Origin: Azolla caroliniana | Taxonomy: Eukaryota > Plantae > Polypodiophyta | Length of the DNA: 64,000 nt | Assembly (NCBI GenBank): GCA_043228905.1 | Contig: JBHGNT010000007.1 | Coordinates: forward strand, 7,254,001-7,318,000 | Direction of reading: 5' to 3' | Shown: positions 47,701-60,946 of the stretch, one piece after another | Numbering within the stretch: the stretch's first letter is position 1 | How the letters are laid out: every line of letters begins with the position of its first letter | Made by a program: the position numbers and the translations under genes | Notes under the pieces: generated by a model | Seen by the model: the letters and a program-made list of their open reading frames with translations, nothing else | The model's database searches: none | What the model was told of the DNA's origin: nothing

Positions 47701-50627
47701 ATTGAACACAATATCTAGCACTGATTTTTGAGTATTTTGCATATTGCTAACTAAGATGATATGGATTCTGTTAATAGTAATGCGCGGGCAGCAGCATCCT
47801 TAGAGGATCCTACATCACTTGAGAAAGTAAGTTCATGCATCAATTTGAATTCTATTTACAAGTCCTATTAATGGTTCTAAATTTTTCTGAAGTCAAGTGC
47901 AGGTTCCATGTCCTTCACTGTTTGAATCTGCGCAGAAGTACATATCTATAATAATACCTGCATACAACGAAGAGGATAGACTGCCTATTTACCTTGAAGA
48001 GATGCTAAGGTACAACTCTCTGTATCTGACTGCACAAATAAAGTGTCAGTAATAGACATTGAAACCAGCAAGTAAATCTATCTACTTAAGCACTACAGTG
48101 TAGATAGATTGATGAAGATTTGCTATTTGTTTGCTATTTTCTGGTGGGATATTCAAGAAATTGAAGTTGGATTTTCTATACCTTGTGATTTATTCTCTGG
48201 TTTTCATGCACCTCAATGGTGTCTTGTGCTGATGAAGATTTTCTTGTCACCCTTTCATTCAGATATTTACAACAAAGAGCATTGACTGACAAGACATTTA
48301 CTTACGAGGTAGGAATTGACTGTATTATCAGTTTTCATGTGTTTACTGTTCTAGTTTTTTCTGTCAAGCATGACATGAACATAAGCTGTATGCTTTGCTT
48401 CAATTGCCACGAAATGGATATCACACGTTTTTTAACTTAACCATGTGTATTGGCAATTAATGGACGGGGAGGGGGGGATATGTGTAAAAGTGAGGAATAA
48501 CAAATAGTTTACCATTAGTTTCACTTGATTATTCAGATCTATTTTGAATTAGTTTCATTTGTTTGAGTATGGAGATCACTGCAGCAACTGATATCATATT
48601 GAACCGTCAAAACCTATGTAATTATACGGATTCCAAAAATCTTTTCAAAAATTTAATGAATAAATGACTTGCAGGTGATTATTGTGGATGATGGAAGCAA
48701 AGACAATACCGTAAGAGTGGCATTTGATTATGTGAGACGATATTCACTAGATCTTGTTCGTGTTATCAAGCAAGGTAGAAATTATGGGAAAGGTGCAGCA
48801 GTGAGGAAGGTAGGCAACCGTACACTGACTTGCAGTCAATATATAAAATACTCTTTAGTGAAATTTCGTATTTTGTACGTTTTGTCAATCAAATGTGCTC
48901 TTGCGGTTTCGGCGTAATAGAGTGAAGGATGCTATTTTTTAAAGTTTCACCTACTCATAAGCTTACAAATTCTTAGTGAAGCTTCATATTTTTGTATCTT
49001 TGTAGATCAAGTGTAATTTTATGGTTGAGGCTATATAGAGATAAAGAGGCTATTTTTGAAAGTTTCATCTACATGTAACATTGTCAAGGGAATGCTTTGT
49101 GCAAGAGGAGTTCTCCTTCTTATGACTGATGCGGATGGGGCTACAAAAATCAGAGACCTAGAGAAGCTTGAAACTGAGGTATTTTCATACAAAGTAAATG
49201 CATTACAAATAATTATTCCTGCAATTTTTCTGAAGATAGGATGCATCATAAGGAAAAGTAGTGTTCAGCAAATCAAACGTACTATAATTGCAAGATGATT
49301 GCAGATGATTATCGCTTCCTGTTTATCTGAAGGTAGTATGCAAAACAAGAACATGAAATGGATCAAAGTTGCCATTTACGTGACGTCAGAATGTTGTGGA
49401 GAAGAGATTGGATATTTGAACACCATTTCTGGGGAACTAGTTTTGCATACAATACATATTATTGTGCTCATATGACTGAATTTGTATATACATCATGTCT
49501 TGATTGCATAAACCTTGTGATGAGTAGCAGATAAGGTGCCTAGCGGAGCAGCAAAGTTTGAAGAGAAGTTCAGCAACTAGAGATGAATCATCTCAAGAAT
49601 TGCAGGAGTCATCTTCTGTGGTGTTTGGATCACGAGCACATCTTGAAGAGAAGGCTCTGGCAACGGTATAATTTGTGTACAAGAGATACCCTATGAACCT
49701 TTTTAAGTTTTTACATGTTTTGTTGTAAGAATCAAGGTACCAACCTGCATGAAATCTTATGTTTCTCAGAGGAAATGGTATCGAAATTTTCTCATGAAAG
49801 GGTTTCATTTTTGTGTGCTTTTGGTTGCTGGAACTGGAGTCAGGGACACACAGGTTTGTTTATTTCTGTTTTCTTCTTGTCTAAAAGTATTTTCTTGACA
49901 ATTTTATTAAGCATTTCCTTACATTTTCTTATGCATTTACTTCAACATTTACTTAAGCATCTAATGAATCTTGGTTCTATACATACAGTGTGGGTTTAAA
50001 ATGTTCACGCGAGCTGCGGCACGTCATCTATTTGTCAATTTGCGGCTAAAGAGGTTAGATGCAAGTGTTTGGGAATTTTTCCTTCACTAGTCAACTCTGT
50101 TCCTTTATATCCATGAAATAATATGAGAATACAGCCAAATTTGTACTAGGTATCTTTTATTAGACAATTATAAATGTCTGTCTGATTCAATAATTTAGTA
50201 AAAGGACAGCTTTCAGTGTGCTTTTCATAAATGTTTCAAATTGGAGTTTTGGCTTTAGTAATTGGCCAAAGTTCGTTTTCAAATAAAGAGGTGAACTGAC
50301 TATATGATTGCTCAATAGCACGTATAATTGAGAAAGTGATGAATTGACTAAATAATTGCTTCATCTAAAGACATAATGGGAATAACGAAAAATTTAATGA
50401 TAAGATAGTTTTGTTCTGTTTGCAGATGGTGCTTTGATGTTGAGTTAGTCTATCTTTGCAAGAGATTTAACATCCCTGTGAAGGAAGTATCTGTGAATTG
50501 GACAGAAATACCAGGATCCAAAGTAAATATTCTGAGCATTGCGCACATGCTTATCGAACTAATGTTGATACGACTTGGATATGGATTGCAGATTTGGAAA
50601 ATCCAAAGAGACTTTATGCTCACTTGA
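41737..50627 (+). CDS. ALG5: Dolichyl-phosphate beta-glucosyltransferase (GT2), 10 exons
   Basis: Exons 41737-41978, 47778-47826, 47903-48009, 48263-48308, 48675-48809, 49089-49178, 49531-49665, 49770-49853, 49989-50053, 50426-50627; all GT-AG and in phase. Motifs IIPAYNEE, IIVDDGS, GKGAAV, DADGAT, GSRAHLE, RDTQCGFKMF, WCFDVEL, EIPGSK. Exon 1 is the least certain. Confidence 0.92.
42025..42285. repeat. 86-bp tandem repeat built from ~28-bp GA/TG-rich subunits
   Basis: Identical unit starts at 42035, 42121 and 42207. Confidence 0.85.
44020..46070 (-). mobile_element. 5'-truncated RTE-like LINE in ALG5 intron 1
   Basis: VKQGCPLSPTLFSLYIDE, LLYADD, SSHQLEIEVGR, C-terminal Cys motif (CHQGVESEEYYVCHC), 3' UTR ending in (TTTC)n near 44022-44040. 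Confidence 0.85.
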
Positions 50628-52410
50628 GAGTGTTATACTCTAATAATGCTCTTGGGTACTGAGGTCAATCAAATCTAAAATGATCCAAAGGATTTATTCT
50701 TCGACCATTTCAATAAATCTATGCAAAAAAATCTCAACTGCAAATGGATTAATGTTGATGTATGTAGGATTCTAGTTGAACCAACACAAGATGACCAAGA
50801 AGGACAAAACAATGGGGGATTTGAGCCACTTCTACTTAGTACGGGAAATCTTTTGCTCAAGAGGACGATTGCAAGGATGTATATATCTTACTCTTTTGAC
50901 ATTGAGACTGGAGTGTCACGACTCCATAAATCATTGCCATTGGTTGGCCAAGGGTTGATATCATGCATGGATTATTAACATATTCTTTACTAAATACATT
51001 ACACCTTGTGATTCAACAAATCTATGGATTCAAACATCTGCGTGCTGCAAACGCAATTATATGTGAATGAAATGTATGAAAGGTTACTAATAGCTTGTTT
51101 CACCTTGTCAATCAGGCAATGCATCCTGAGATTGCAAATACAAGAGATTGATTGCCTTAACACATTTATATTTGGATAAAAGAGAGATATGATACAATTA
51201 TATGTGAAATCACTAAATTATTGCTGGTTGATAGGTATTTTCATTAATAATAGTAACTAGAGACACCCTTATTAAACTTGATTAGTTTTTTATGTTGATA
51301 GTTATGCAATATGCTAGTAATTATGTGAAATTGACTTTTACAATCACACGAAGTTGGAATGTAAGCACGAGATCTTGACCCTATGCCATGGGGATGCAAG
51401 TTTGAGAATAGTGTGTCGTTAAGAAAGACTTGGGAAATGAGTATATTATTTTAGAGTATTAGAAGTATGCCTAGAAGAGCATAAATAAATTTGTGAATAG
51501 TTAAATCGTTGTTGAGCACCTTGTTACAATATGGTTTTCCAAGAAAAAACTTTCCTTATTACCATATGTATACATATTTCTAAACTTTTATTGCACCATA
51601 TGCACTTTATTGTGGCTAGGTTTTTGAAAATGAAAAACATAATACATACATAAGATTTGTATTCTTTCGCAATCTTTGCTTGAATCTTCAAAATTACTTG
51701 TTAGTGGAGCATCAACATTTGGTTTTTCTGTTTGCTCACTCACCAGGTGTATTGCATTCATGAACCAGTTTAGGGTTTAGATCCTCATTAGTCTATGCCT
51801 TCGGTACTTTCTTGTTGTTTTAAGCCTCCAACTTCCTTGAATGGTTTGCTTTTGATACCACTGCTTATAAAAACCTTGCAACCATTACCAAAGTTAGAAC
51901 ACATGCATTAGAAGTATAATAGTCACAAATACATTGTTGAAAAATGAATCTGAAAAATACCTCCCTGAAAGTGGGTCCTCTTTCACCCCAATCTAAATCA
52001 ATCTCAAGGAACTCTGAGGACTTTGGCAACCATCTATGCAAGCAAGGCAGAAAATCAATGGATTGCATGACCTTTATGTCACTGTGTGTAACAGAGTTTG
52101 GGCAATACCATCCACAACAATATGAATGCATGGACAATGTGAATGTAGATTGTATATGTAATGGTCATACGTTATGGTCATCCACAATCTGAATATTCAT
52201 TGTCTTGCATACACATTATGACCATCCGCATTGCTTCACACCAAAAAACAGTTCATATCTAGTCTAGTACATTTGTTCAATTATCATACTACTTAATCAA
52301 ATAAAAAACAAGAATTATATTTTTTTTAACATCTCTCTATTTTTTTATCGTAATTAGCTTACCTAGGTGGTAAGTTGATAACACTACAAGCACTACGTCT
52401 TGGTTCAAAA

Positions 52411-52678
52411 CCCAATTCTCTCACGTCTCTATTATATACTTCATATATATCTCTATTTCACTAGATGCCACTGAATGTGGAATGTAGGGGTTGAACCCAT
52501 GACCACCTGGTGTTCATTGGGCAACCTTACCAACTGAGGTACATCCACCCAATTTTCTCACCTCTATTATATACTTCATATATATCTCTATTTCACTAGA
52601 TGCCACTATGGAATGTAGGGGTTGAACCCATGACCACCTGGTCTCCATTGGGCAACCTTACCAACTAAGCTACATCCA
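52411..52678 (-). repeat. Two tandem ~135-bp units with tRNA-derived (SINE-like) heads
   Basis: Minus strand GGATGTA(G/C)CT(C/T)AGTTGGTAAGG...GGTCATGGGTTCAACCCCTACATTCC gives A and B boxes; no proper anticodon arm. Confidence 0.65.
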
Positions 52679-52690
52679 TCTGGGTATTAA

Positions 52691-52730
<40 letters not shown>

Positions 52731-52799
52731 TGAGACGAGGCGTTAGGGGCACAAATGATGAGAGTGGTTGACTATGCACACGTTGCCCTAAACAAACAA

Positions 52800-54170
52800 G
52801 TTCAAGAGTTTAGGTATCACACTTTGATATAATGCTCTCTGCCTTTGATCATATTTGACCATGCTTTCCACACATCTTCAACCAAGACCAATCCTTGCAC
52901 GAATTTCCCTCGCAAACCACAATGTGGACTCTCAATTGCAACATTCATTGGTAAAGGTCTTGAACATCGAGAGTCGCGACTCACTTTCACACGTATCACG
53001 TGAAATGTAATATTTTTTAGTCTCATACGTCATATTTATGAATGGCAATTCAAATGGTGAATGTGATGATATGTGACCTTGCAAAGTTCTCTCTCTTCAT
53101 GGTTGAGATTTCGTGACTTCTCTAGCACTGTCAATTGCCACAAAAGAAGTCCTTTTAACTTTATAACATATTTTCTCACCCCAACTTGCAAATTAAAAGT
53201 GAAGGCATTCCGCATAAACCAATTGAACCATACCCCCCAATACCTCAATATCTCAAAAATAATTTGGAAATGAGACATCAGTTCATTGTTTTCTATATGT
53301 GCAAACACCCAACTGAAGGAATATAGGTTTACTCCAGTTAGAGACATCCACACTAAATTGATACACCTCCAAACCATCTTAGTTATCAGTCATGAAAGAA
53401 ATCAATGCCTCCAATTCCACCGAACAAAAGAAACACAGTCCTCTAACAATGTTTCATTTTTACAATGCATCCCCCAATGATAAAGTTCCAACCATAACTC
53501 TACAAATACCTTAGCTCGTAGCATCAATCCAGAACACCAACTTGCCTTGATCGCATGAAACCACCAGAGAATGGGAAAACCCCATATCTTTATAACCCTT
53601 TCTTCCATCCACTTATATTTGTTAATCAACTTGTGACAAACATCTGTTGTTGAGATCATAATCAATCTCCTATTTCCAACAAACCTCAAATCAAGCTCTT
53701 GAGACCCTCATCTAAATCAGGAATTGGCTCATACGAAGATAGTAATTCTTACAACTTATCCCAAATAAGAGTATAAACTTTTGGAATATAAAATGTTGAC
53801 CTTGTTGTTCGAAAGACCATTAATTTTCTTAGTCACACAAACATAACATCCTTGACTGTTACCAAACCCAATCTAGCCATCCAATTAAATTGACGGTTAA
53901 GATTTTGTTTACCTTCCCACCGCAACAACCAAACATGCGACCACTTGACAAAGATAGGTACTCGAGACCAAATGTGGTTCCCATACGGATTAAGAATGTG
54001 CCATTTCTTACCTCAAATGAACGACATTCAAGGCGGCAACCAATAATGGAGATTAGTGATTTGGTGGAGGCCTTATGTGCCTCGACTTACTTCACTCCAC
54101 CTTCCTTCTTCCATAACTTAGTGTCGATGCCTTGAATCTTTTTGAAGCTTCACCAAGTAACTCCCTTTTT
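52800..54170 (-). mobile_element. Heavily degraded L1-type LINE 3' region
   Basis: Trp-rich fragments (FEILRYWGVWFNWFMRNAFTF; IWGFPILWW) typical of plant L1 ORF2 C-terminus; no long ORF. Confidence 0.45.
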
Positions 54171-54521
54171 TTTTCTTTTTGGGGTGAAAACACACAATTA
54201 TATTACTAAAAAAGTGTGAAAAACACTAGTTACAATGGGTGTCACAATGGAGTATGGTCACCCACTAACTACACTACATGGGTAGTGGAACATGTTGAAT
54301 TCCCAATAGGCAAGACGAACACTCCATTGAGAAAAGAATTTCCACTTAATCCAATAAAGAAATTTGTCACATTAGTACTCCCTTCAACTTTCGCAGATAT
54401 GCTTCACTCCATGCCTACCATCAAATACAAATGTATTGTGCATATCCCAATTATGACGCAATCCCTAATACCTCAAAAATAGGAAAACAAGCTTCATATA
54501 TGATGTTGGGTCAACTTGTAT

Positions 54522-54959
54522 AAATCGTGCAAACACATCCTATCTAAGCATTCAAATAACACCATGATAAAACTTGCCAATTTTGAGGAATGTAACTCCA
54601 AATGTAACAAGCAATTGAACATTGTATAAAACAATGAGTACTATCTTCCATTTGAACAGTGTAAAAGAAACAATTACCCATTACTAGTCCACAATGCTTT
54701 AGAGCAAATCCCAGATACTATCCTCCAATCAAAACTCTCCAAATCGTGCAAACACATCCTATCTAAGCATTCAAATAACACCATGATAAAACTTGCCAAT
54801 TTTGAGGAATGTAACTCCAAGTGTAACAAGCAATTGAACATTGTATAAAACAATGAGTACTATCTTCCATTTGAACAGTGTAAAAGAAACAATTACCCAT
54901 TACTAGTCCACAATGCTTTAGAGCAAATCCCAGATACTATCCTCCAATCAAAACTCTCC
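54522..54959. repeat. 219-bp tandem duplication
   Basis: 54522-54740 versus 54741-54959; one substitution seen. Confidence 0.92.
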
Positions 54960-55586
54960 AAATGAAGACCTTTGTTACAAGTGGCAATTTAGAATGCCAA
55001 TTACGTTTTAAGATTTGTCACCACCCATGATCAATTTTGCATATTTTTGATTCTTTTTCAGCCTTAGAGGATAGCCACCCAAGAGCCTCAACGAAGCATT
55101 GATTCAAAAGACTAGTAATCATTTATAACAACGAAGTCAAACCCCATAAACACCAATCAATCCACGATTATTCTTTTGTTTGTAGAGGTAAAGGACCTTG
55201 CATCAATGCAATATTTTGTAGTTGTTAGATAAACCCACAATTATGCGGGATGCGTAATACTTGTCGGGCTTCAACAGACTCCAACATTCATTGAGACAGG
55301 TGTAGGTTTTCTTCCCCTCATAGTAGATTTTGTATTCAAAATGTGGGAAAATATGACTCGATTTCGGGATTGTATGGTTGCTGGCAGCAGCTGCATTTGG
55401 GGGTCGGGTTTTAGATACAGATTGTTCGTGGCCGGCCGGGTTAGTAATGAATGAAAGGAATCGGAAACGGTTCGGTTTCGGCTTAACCGGTTTGGCCCCT
55501 ACACAACACGCACCCAAAGGAAAGGAAAGGAAAGGAAAGGAAGGAAGAAAGAACGAACGAAAGCTCAGACCCATCTGTGCAGAGAG

Positions 55587-57562
55587 ATGATGCTGCTGCT
55601 CCTGCAGCAATGGCGCTCTTCCTTCACTCTCCAAACCCTAATCCCGCCGTCACTCACCGTTACGAAGCTTCGCAATGAAGCCACTCCGCTCCTTAAAACT
55701 CCCGACCACATACGGGCTTCTGCAAAACGTTCGGGAAACAGAGATTTGTTGCCTGTGAAGGATCTTCGAAGGAAGAAGCCTCGCGATTTCTCGAGATCTC
55801 ATGTTCCTGTTACATTGGAACGTCCATCTCTTCACCATTCCTTTGAGAAGCTCGACGAAGAGAAGATATGTCTTGGTCCTGATCAAGCTGTTGGTGAGGT
55901 TGTTTCTGCCCAGGCCAACTTTATGAGGGTCATCGTCAGAAAATCGGGTAAGTTACACATTTGGATTGACTCTTTGTTAAAATTAATTCATATATTGGCA
56001 GTTAGTATTTTGTTTTAGTTGATTTACTGTTTTTTTTTTATAAGTTGATATGCTGATTGTTAGTTTGTGTTTGCTAGATTGATTACTTGGTTAGTTAGTT
56101 TCTTTACATTGGTTATTTGTTCTTTTTATAGTGTAAAAACTGATTAGTCGATTTGTTTGTTAATTAATGGTTAATTGATTGTTAGTTTTCTAAATGGATC
56201 AGTAGGATTTTGACTCTTACATTGATTCTTTGGTAGCTGTGTAGTTGGTTAAATTTATTGATTGATTGTTTGTTTGCTGAATAAATGATTAGTTCACTTG
56301 TTAAATGGAGTCATTGGTTGCTTGTTAGTTTGATAAATTGATGGATTGATAGATGCCTTTTTTCTTCTTTCTCACCTTCTAATTCTACATTTTCATGCAT
56401 GAGCCCTAAGAAAAATATTGAATCCAAAGTTTTTGGATTTTGAGCCATTCACTAGGGAACTTCATATTTTGCAGATTCGAAATAACTGGTAAAAGAAATC
56501 TTTATGAATGGAAGAAAGTAACACAAAATACGTTGCTGCAAGCTGCAATTATCCTAGAACCTTGACAAATGGTCTATATGACCAAATAAGAGATCACAAG
56601 AAAATCATCCTAGAACCTCGACAAATGTCAGTCTACATTATTGGACATGTGTTTCAAACTCTTCCTTATTGTGTCTGTCATGATGCAGTTCTTATAATCC
56701 ATGATCTCATTTTTAAGGGATACATATATTTTACTAGAAAAATGTCGCAATATTTTATAAAATGACATCATTTTTTGAGATTTGGGCCCACGACATTTGC
56801 CAATTTCAGCAGTTTTCAAACTCTTAAGGAAGTAACTCAATCTTGGGAAATGGAAGATTATTAAAACTGCCATGAAAATAGCTCAATCTTGGGAATGTAT
56901 AATTTCTAGGAATTCTATGTAAATTGGCAATCTAGTTCCAACTTTCAGGGAATCTTTATTGATGCGCCAAAACTATTAATGCCTTACTCACCAATCCTTG
57001 TGCATGCAAGACTTTGTTGCCTTTTGTATCTCTTCTTGAAACATAGTATATCAAACTTTACTATCACATAATGCTTGCTATCAGGCGTATTGCGACAAGA
57101 AAAAACCCAAGGTTGAAAAAGTGGACTACTTTGCAAGTGAAAGCAACGTCTTACATCCAGAAGAAGTTCCATTTTGTCTTGGACGTATCATTGTATGGTT
57201 TTGTAATCATAAGTTCTAGAGTCTTGCCACATATATGGCATGTCATATTATATGGTTTATTGTAAGGTTATTAGAAGTTCTAGAGTCTTGCCACATGTAT
57301 AGCTTATGGGATAACATAAGTTCTAGACTATTGCAAAAATGTATGTTGTATAGAATGGCATGCATAGTCATGCATAACCCTCATGAGTGTATACAAGGAG
57401 ATACCTTACCCTAGTTGATCTCTAGGAGATCAGTACAAGTCTTAGGACTAAGTTATCGTATTTCATAACAATCAATTATGTATATTCTCTCTCCTCTTAG
57501 GTTCCCTCTTTTGTTCCTCCCACCTCTCATAGGAGTGTCCATGACTGTTTGATATCCTTTCC

Positions 57563-57594
<32 letters not shown>

Positions 57595-60500
57595 GATGGG
57601 TTCCACCTCAAGCATATTGGAATAATCTTACACAATTATTTCGCACATATATAATGAAATTCTTTAGCCACTTCTATTTTTATTTACGTTGTATGTAGTT
57701 ACATTTAGTTTAGTTATTCTAAAAGGTGAGACAACATTTTAAGATGTAATCTCTTGTTTGGTATTCTAGCCTATTTTTTCCTGTTAAAAGACGTTAATAT
57801 ATCTTTCTTTCCTTTGCTCTTCCGTTTATAATATGATATGATGTGTAATTGAGAATATATCTATATGATGATGGTGAAAATAAAAACAGTAGTGCTATAA
57901 TATGAATTGAACTCTGTGAATCTCAACTTTTCAGGGCTTACTTCCAGCAATGTGACTAATACAGAGAGAGGTGCAAAAGAGCTTGAGCATTCTATGATTG
58001 GGACTGAACTTTTATGTGTTGTGAGGGCTGTTCTAAAGAAGATAAAAAAGGTGGTCATGGTGGGAGACAAAGTGCTCGTTTCTGGTATTGACTGGATTGA
58101 TGGCCGTGGAATGGTTGAAGAAGTTTTTGACAGGAAGAGTGAGACCTCAGATCCACCTGTAGCAAATGTGGACCAGATCCTTGTGCTCTTTTCTCTTGAT
58201 CGTCCACGGCCAGAACCAACGTCTGTGAGCAGATTTGTATTGGAGGCAGAATCTACAGGGATACCTTTCAGTCTAATATTCAACAAGGTTGATTTGGTTT
58301 CACAGGAAGTAAGTGTGTCAACCTTCACTTTACATGCATGACCTGTTAATGTTCTAACTGTACAGTATGTTATGTTAATTTATGCATTATGTTTTTTGAA
58401 TTTGCTTTTTTGATAGTGAACTTGCATTGGTGTTTTCAATATAAGCTATTATCTGGGCCAAATGACAAAAATTTGGAGCTTTGACAGTAGATAAATTTGA
58501 AAATGATTTTTCTCAATGGATTGAGAGTCTTGCCGTTGAATGTTATAAGGCTAGGTAATTGCTTAATGTATTGCACACTCTTGATGTGGTACAAATGTGT
58601 ATTATGCTAGTTGATGGTTTTGATACCTTGTAAAAGGAAATAGATGATATAATAGATATAGCAGATGTATTCCACCTTTTGTGTAAGGTTGTTAGGTTGA
58701 GTTGAACATGATTGAGGCTCTGAAAGTAAATCAGCGAGGTTCTTGAGAATTTCTTGGTGCTCTAAGAGGGAGGGCTGCTTGCTCTTCTATGATCTCAATT
58801 GAGCACGCTGTGCCATCATCTGCTGTGCCACTATGAATGTATGCTGGTGTGCATATTCACATGCATGGTGAATTCATTCAAGCACATTTTTTTAAATTGC
58901 TTCTGTATTGTCCCACATCACTTAACTATTTCATACATCTGTTGTCTGCAAGTATATCTTATTCGTCTGTCATCTTATCATCAGCAGGATACTTGGAATT
59001 TGGTGGAACATGCAACATTTTCTCATATATGCTTCATGTGTGCTTTCTCAATAATGACCCTCTGAGGTTCAAGCACTACAGTGATGAGGGGTACACGTTA
59101 AGAAAAGAGACGTAATGACCATCTAATGTTAATATAACCTGAATTAAAGAATTTTTCTGTGAGAGAACTGTGGTATTGCATTTGCTCTGCCAAATGCACT
59201 ACCGCAGACTGGTCAACTCTGTGGTCATGGATATCCTCTGCCAATATGCACCATAGATTGTGGTCAACTCTGTGGTAGTGCATATGGTCTGCTAAATGCA
59301 CTTTAGCTTGGGCTCATTGAACTTGCATTTTCATCTAGAGAATTTTGTTATCCCTAATTGGCATTTGATATTTGTGTCTTTTCATATGCAGGAGTTAAGG
59401 ACTTGGGAAACAAAGATAAACTCGTGGGGTTATAAACCACTTTTCTGCAGCGCATCAAGAAATTCAGGCCTCAGTTCATTGGTTGATATTTTGGCAAATA
59501 AAACAAGTGTCATCATTGGACCCAGTGGAGTTGGAAAATCAAGTGTGATCAATGCCTTGGGTGATGTTGTAGGTGTGAACACTTGGACCAGATATAAAGA
59601 TGGAGATATTGGTTCATCTGATATTGATGTGGTGAGTCACAGAGGCTCAGCAAGCTTCTATGTCTTCCTACAAGCTTTTTGGTTTTAAACATTCGGAATA
59701 ATATGGTATAAACTCGTCTAAATCAGAAACTGAACTGTTTAAAGAAACAAAATAGTTTATTTAGTGAGTGATTAGTGTTGGGGTGAGTATTTTTTGCTTT
59801 TCCCAGTCTTTTAGTGATTTTTTTTTTGTAAGTCGGTAACATTAGTTTTTAGGTTTACTGTTTTGGCAATATGATCTACCAGAAAAAGTAAAAACAAATT
59901 ATGAGCCGGATAATGTAAAAATGAAAGTTGGTATCATCTTTTTTGAAACAACTGCTAGTGAAAAAATGAGGGGAAAACAATCTGATTTGACACTAAAACA
60001 TAGTTCTTTAAAGCAGCAATCGATCCGTGTGTAGCTTCCTTCTGATAGATCATATTGCTCCAATTTCTAATTAGGAATTAATGGTAATTCAGGTTCAAAA
60101 CTGTAATGAAGAATTTGAAGAGCAAATGGTTGGGGAAGTTTCTGAAAGAAGCGGTCGTGGTAAACATACAACTCGTAATGTGAGTTTATTAAAACTTCCC
60201 AGTGGTGGATACCTGGCAGATACACCAGGATTCAACCAACCAAACCTTGGGAAAGTGACTAGCAAATTGTTGCCTCAGCTGTTTCCAGAGGTAATGTCAT
60301 GAGAAAATTACCATTGTCCATAACTATTTATGGAATTGACAAAAGAAAGCTTTTTGGAAAATTTCAAGTTAATTTTCCCTAATTTGATTGGTCTTCTCAG
60401 TGGACCTTTTCGAGGGAGTTGGGTATTGGAGTTAATTTGAGATAAGGCTGATGAGTTGGAATTTTTTGATAGATAAGAAGCAAAACATCTGAGAGGCAAT

Positions 60501-60946
60501 GTGCCTTCTCTGACTGTATGCACGTGGATGAACCAAACTGTGTGGTTGGAGGAGATTGGGAGCGCTATGCACACTACCTTCAGCTTCTTGATGAGTTACA
60601 AAAACGTGAGGAAGTAGAATTGAGGACATTTGGAACCAAGAGAGAAAGTGAAATGAGGTATTTCCACATATCATTATAATATGTGAATCACATGATTTAG
60701 AATTAAGAGAAATTATACTGCTGGTTTCGTTTAATCAACCGAATAACATTCCCTCATGCATCTTGGAATCTTGATGGATAAAGGTATAAGGTGAAAGCAT
60801 CAGGAATCAAGCAAGCAGAGCCACGGCTTGTAACGAAGACACACAGACGTACTTCCAGACATCAAAAGAAACAAGACCTTGCACTGGAACTTGCAGAAGT
60901 AGAAACTCTGTTAGGAAACAAGAAATCGAATAAATCTAACAATTGA
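55587..60946 (+). CDS. RSGA: Organellar small ribosomal subunit biogenesis GTPase RsgA (YjeQ/EngC), 6 exons
   Basis: Exons 55587-55947, 57935-58308, 59392-59631, 60093-60290, 60473-60657, 60784-60946. OB fold, ANVD, circularly permuted G motifs NKVDL, GPSGVGKSS, GKHTT, DTPG, zinc site CAFSDCMHVDEPNC; transit-peptide-like N-terminus. Confidence 0.93.
57640..57812 (+). mobile_element. Short 3'-end copy of the RTE LINE family in RsgA intron 1
   Basis: 57710-57810 is the reverse-complement homologue of ~44030-44130 (GATGTAATCTCTTGTTTGGT...AAAAGACGTTAATAT..TTTCTTTC). Confidence 0.7.

Noticed and set aside
52480-52678. Functional tRNA genes
   Set aside because: The anticodon arm does not pair and the two copies differ there; treated as tRNA-derived repeats.
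57085-57633. Solo LTR in RsgA intron 1
   Set aside because: LTR-like composition (TTCTAGA repeats, pyrimidine tract), but ends and TSD could not be fixed.
55587-60946. Bacterial rsgA by recent horizontal transfer or contamination
   Set aside because: Five spliceosomal introns and an N-terminal extension; nuclear-encoded organellar RsgA is normal in plants.
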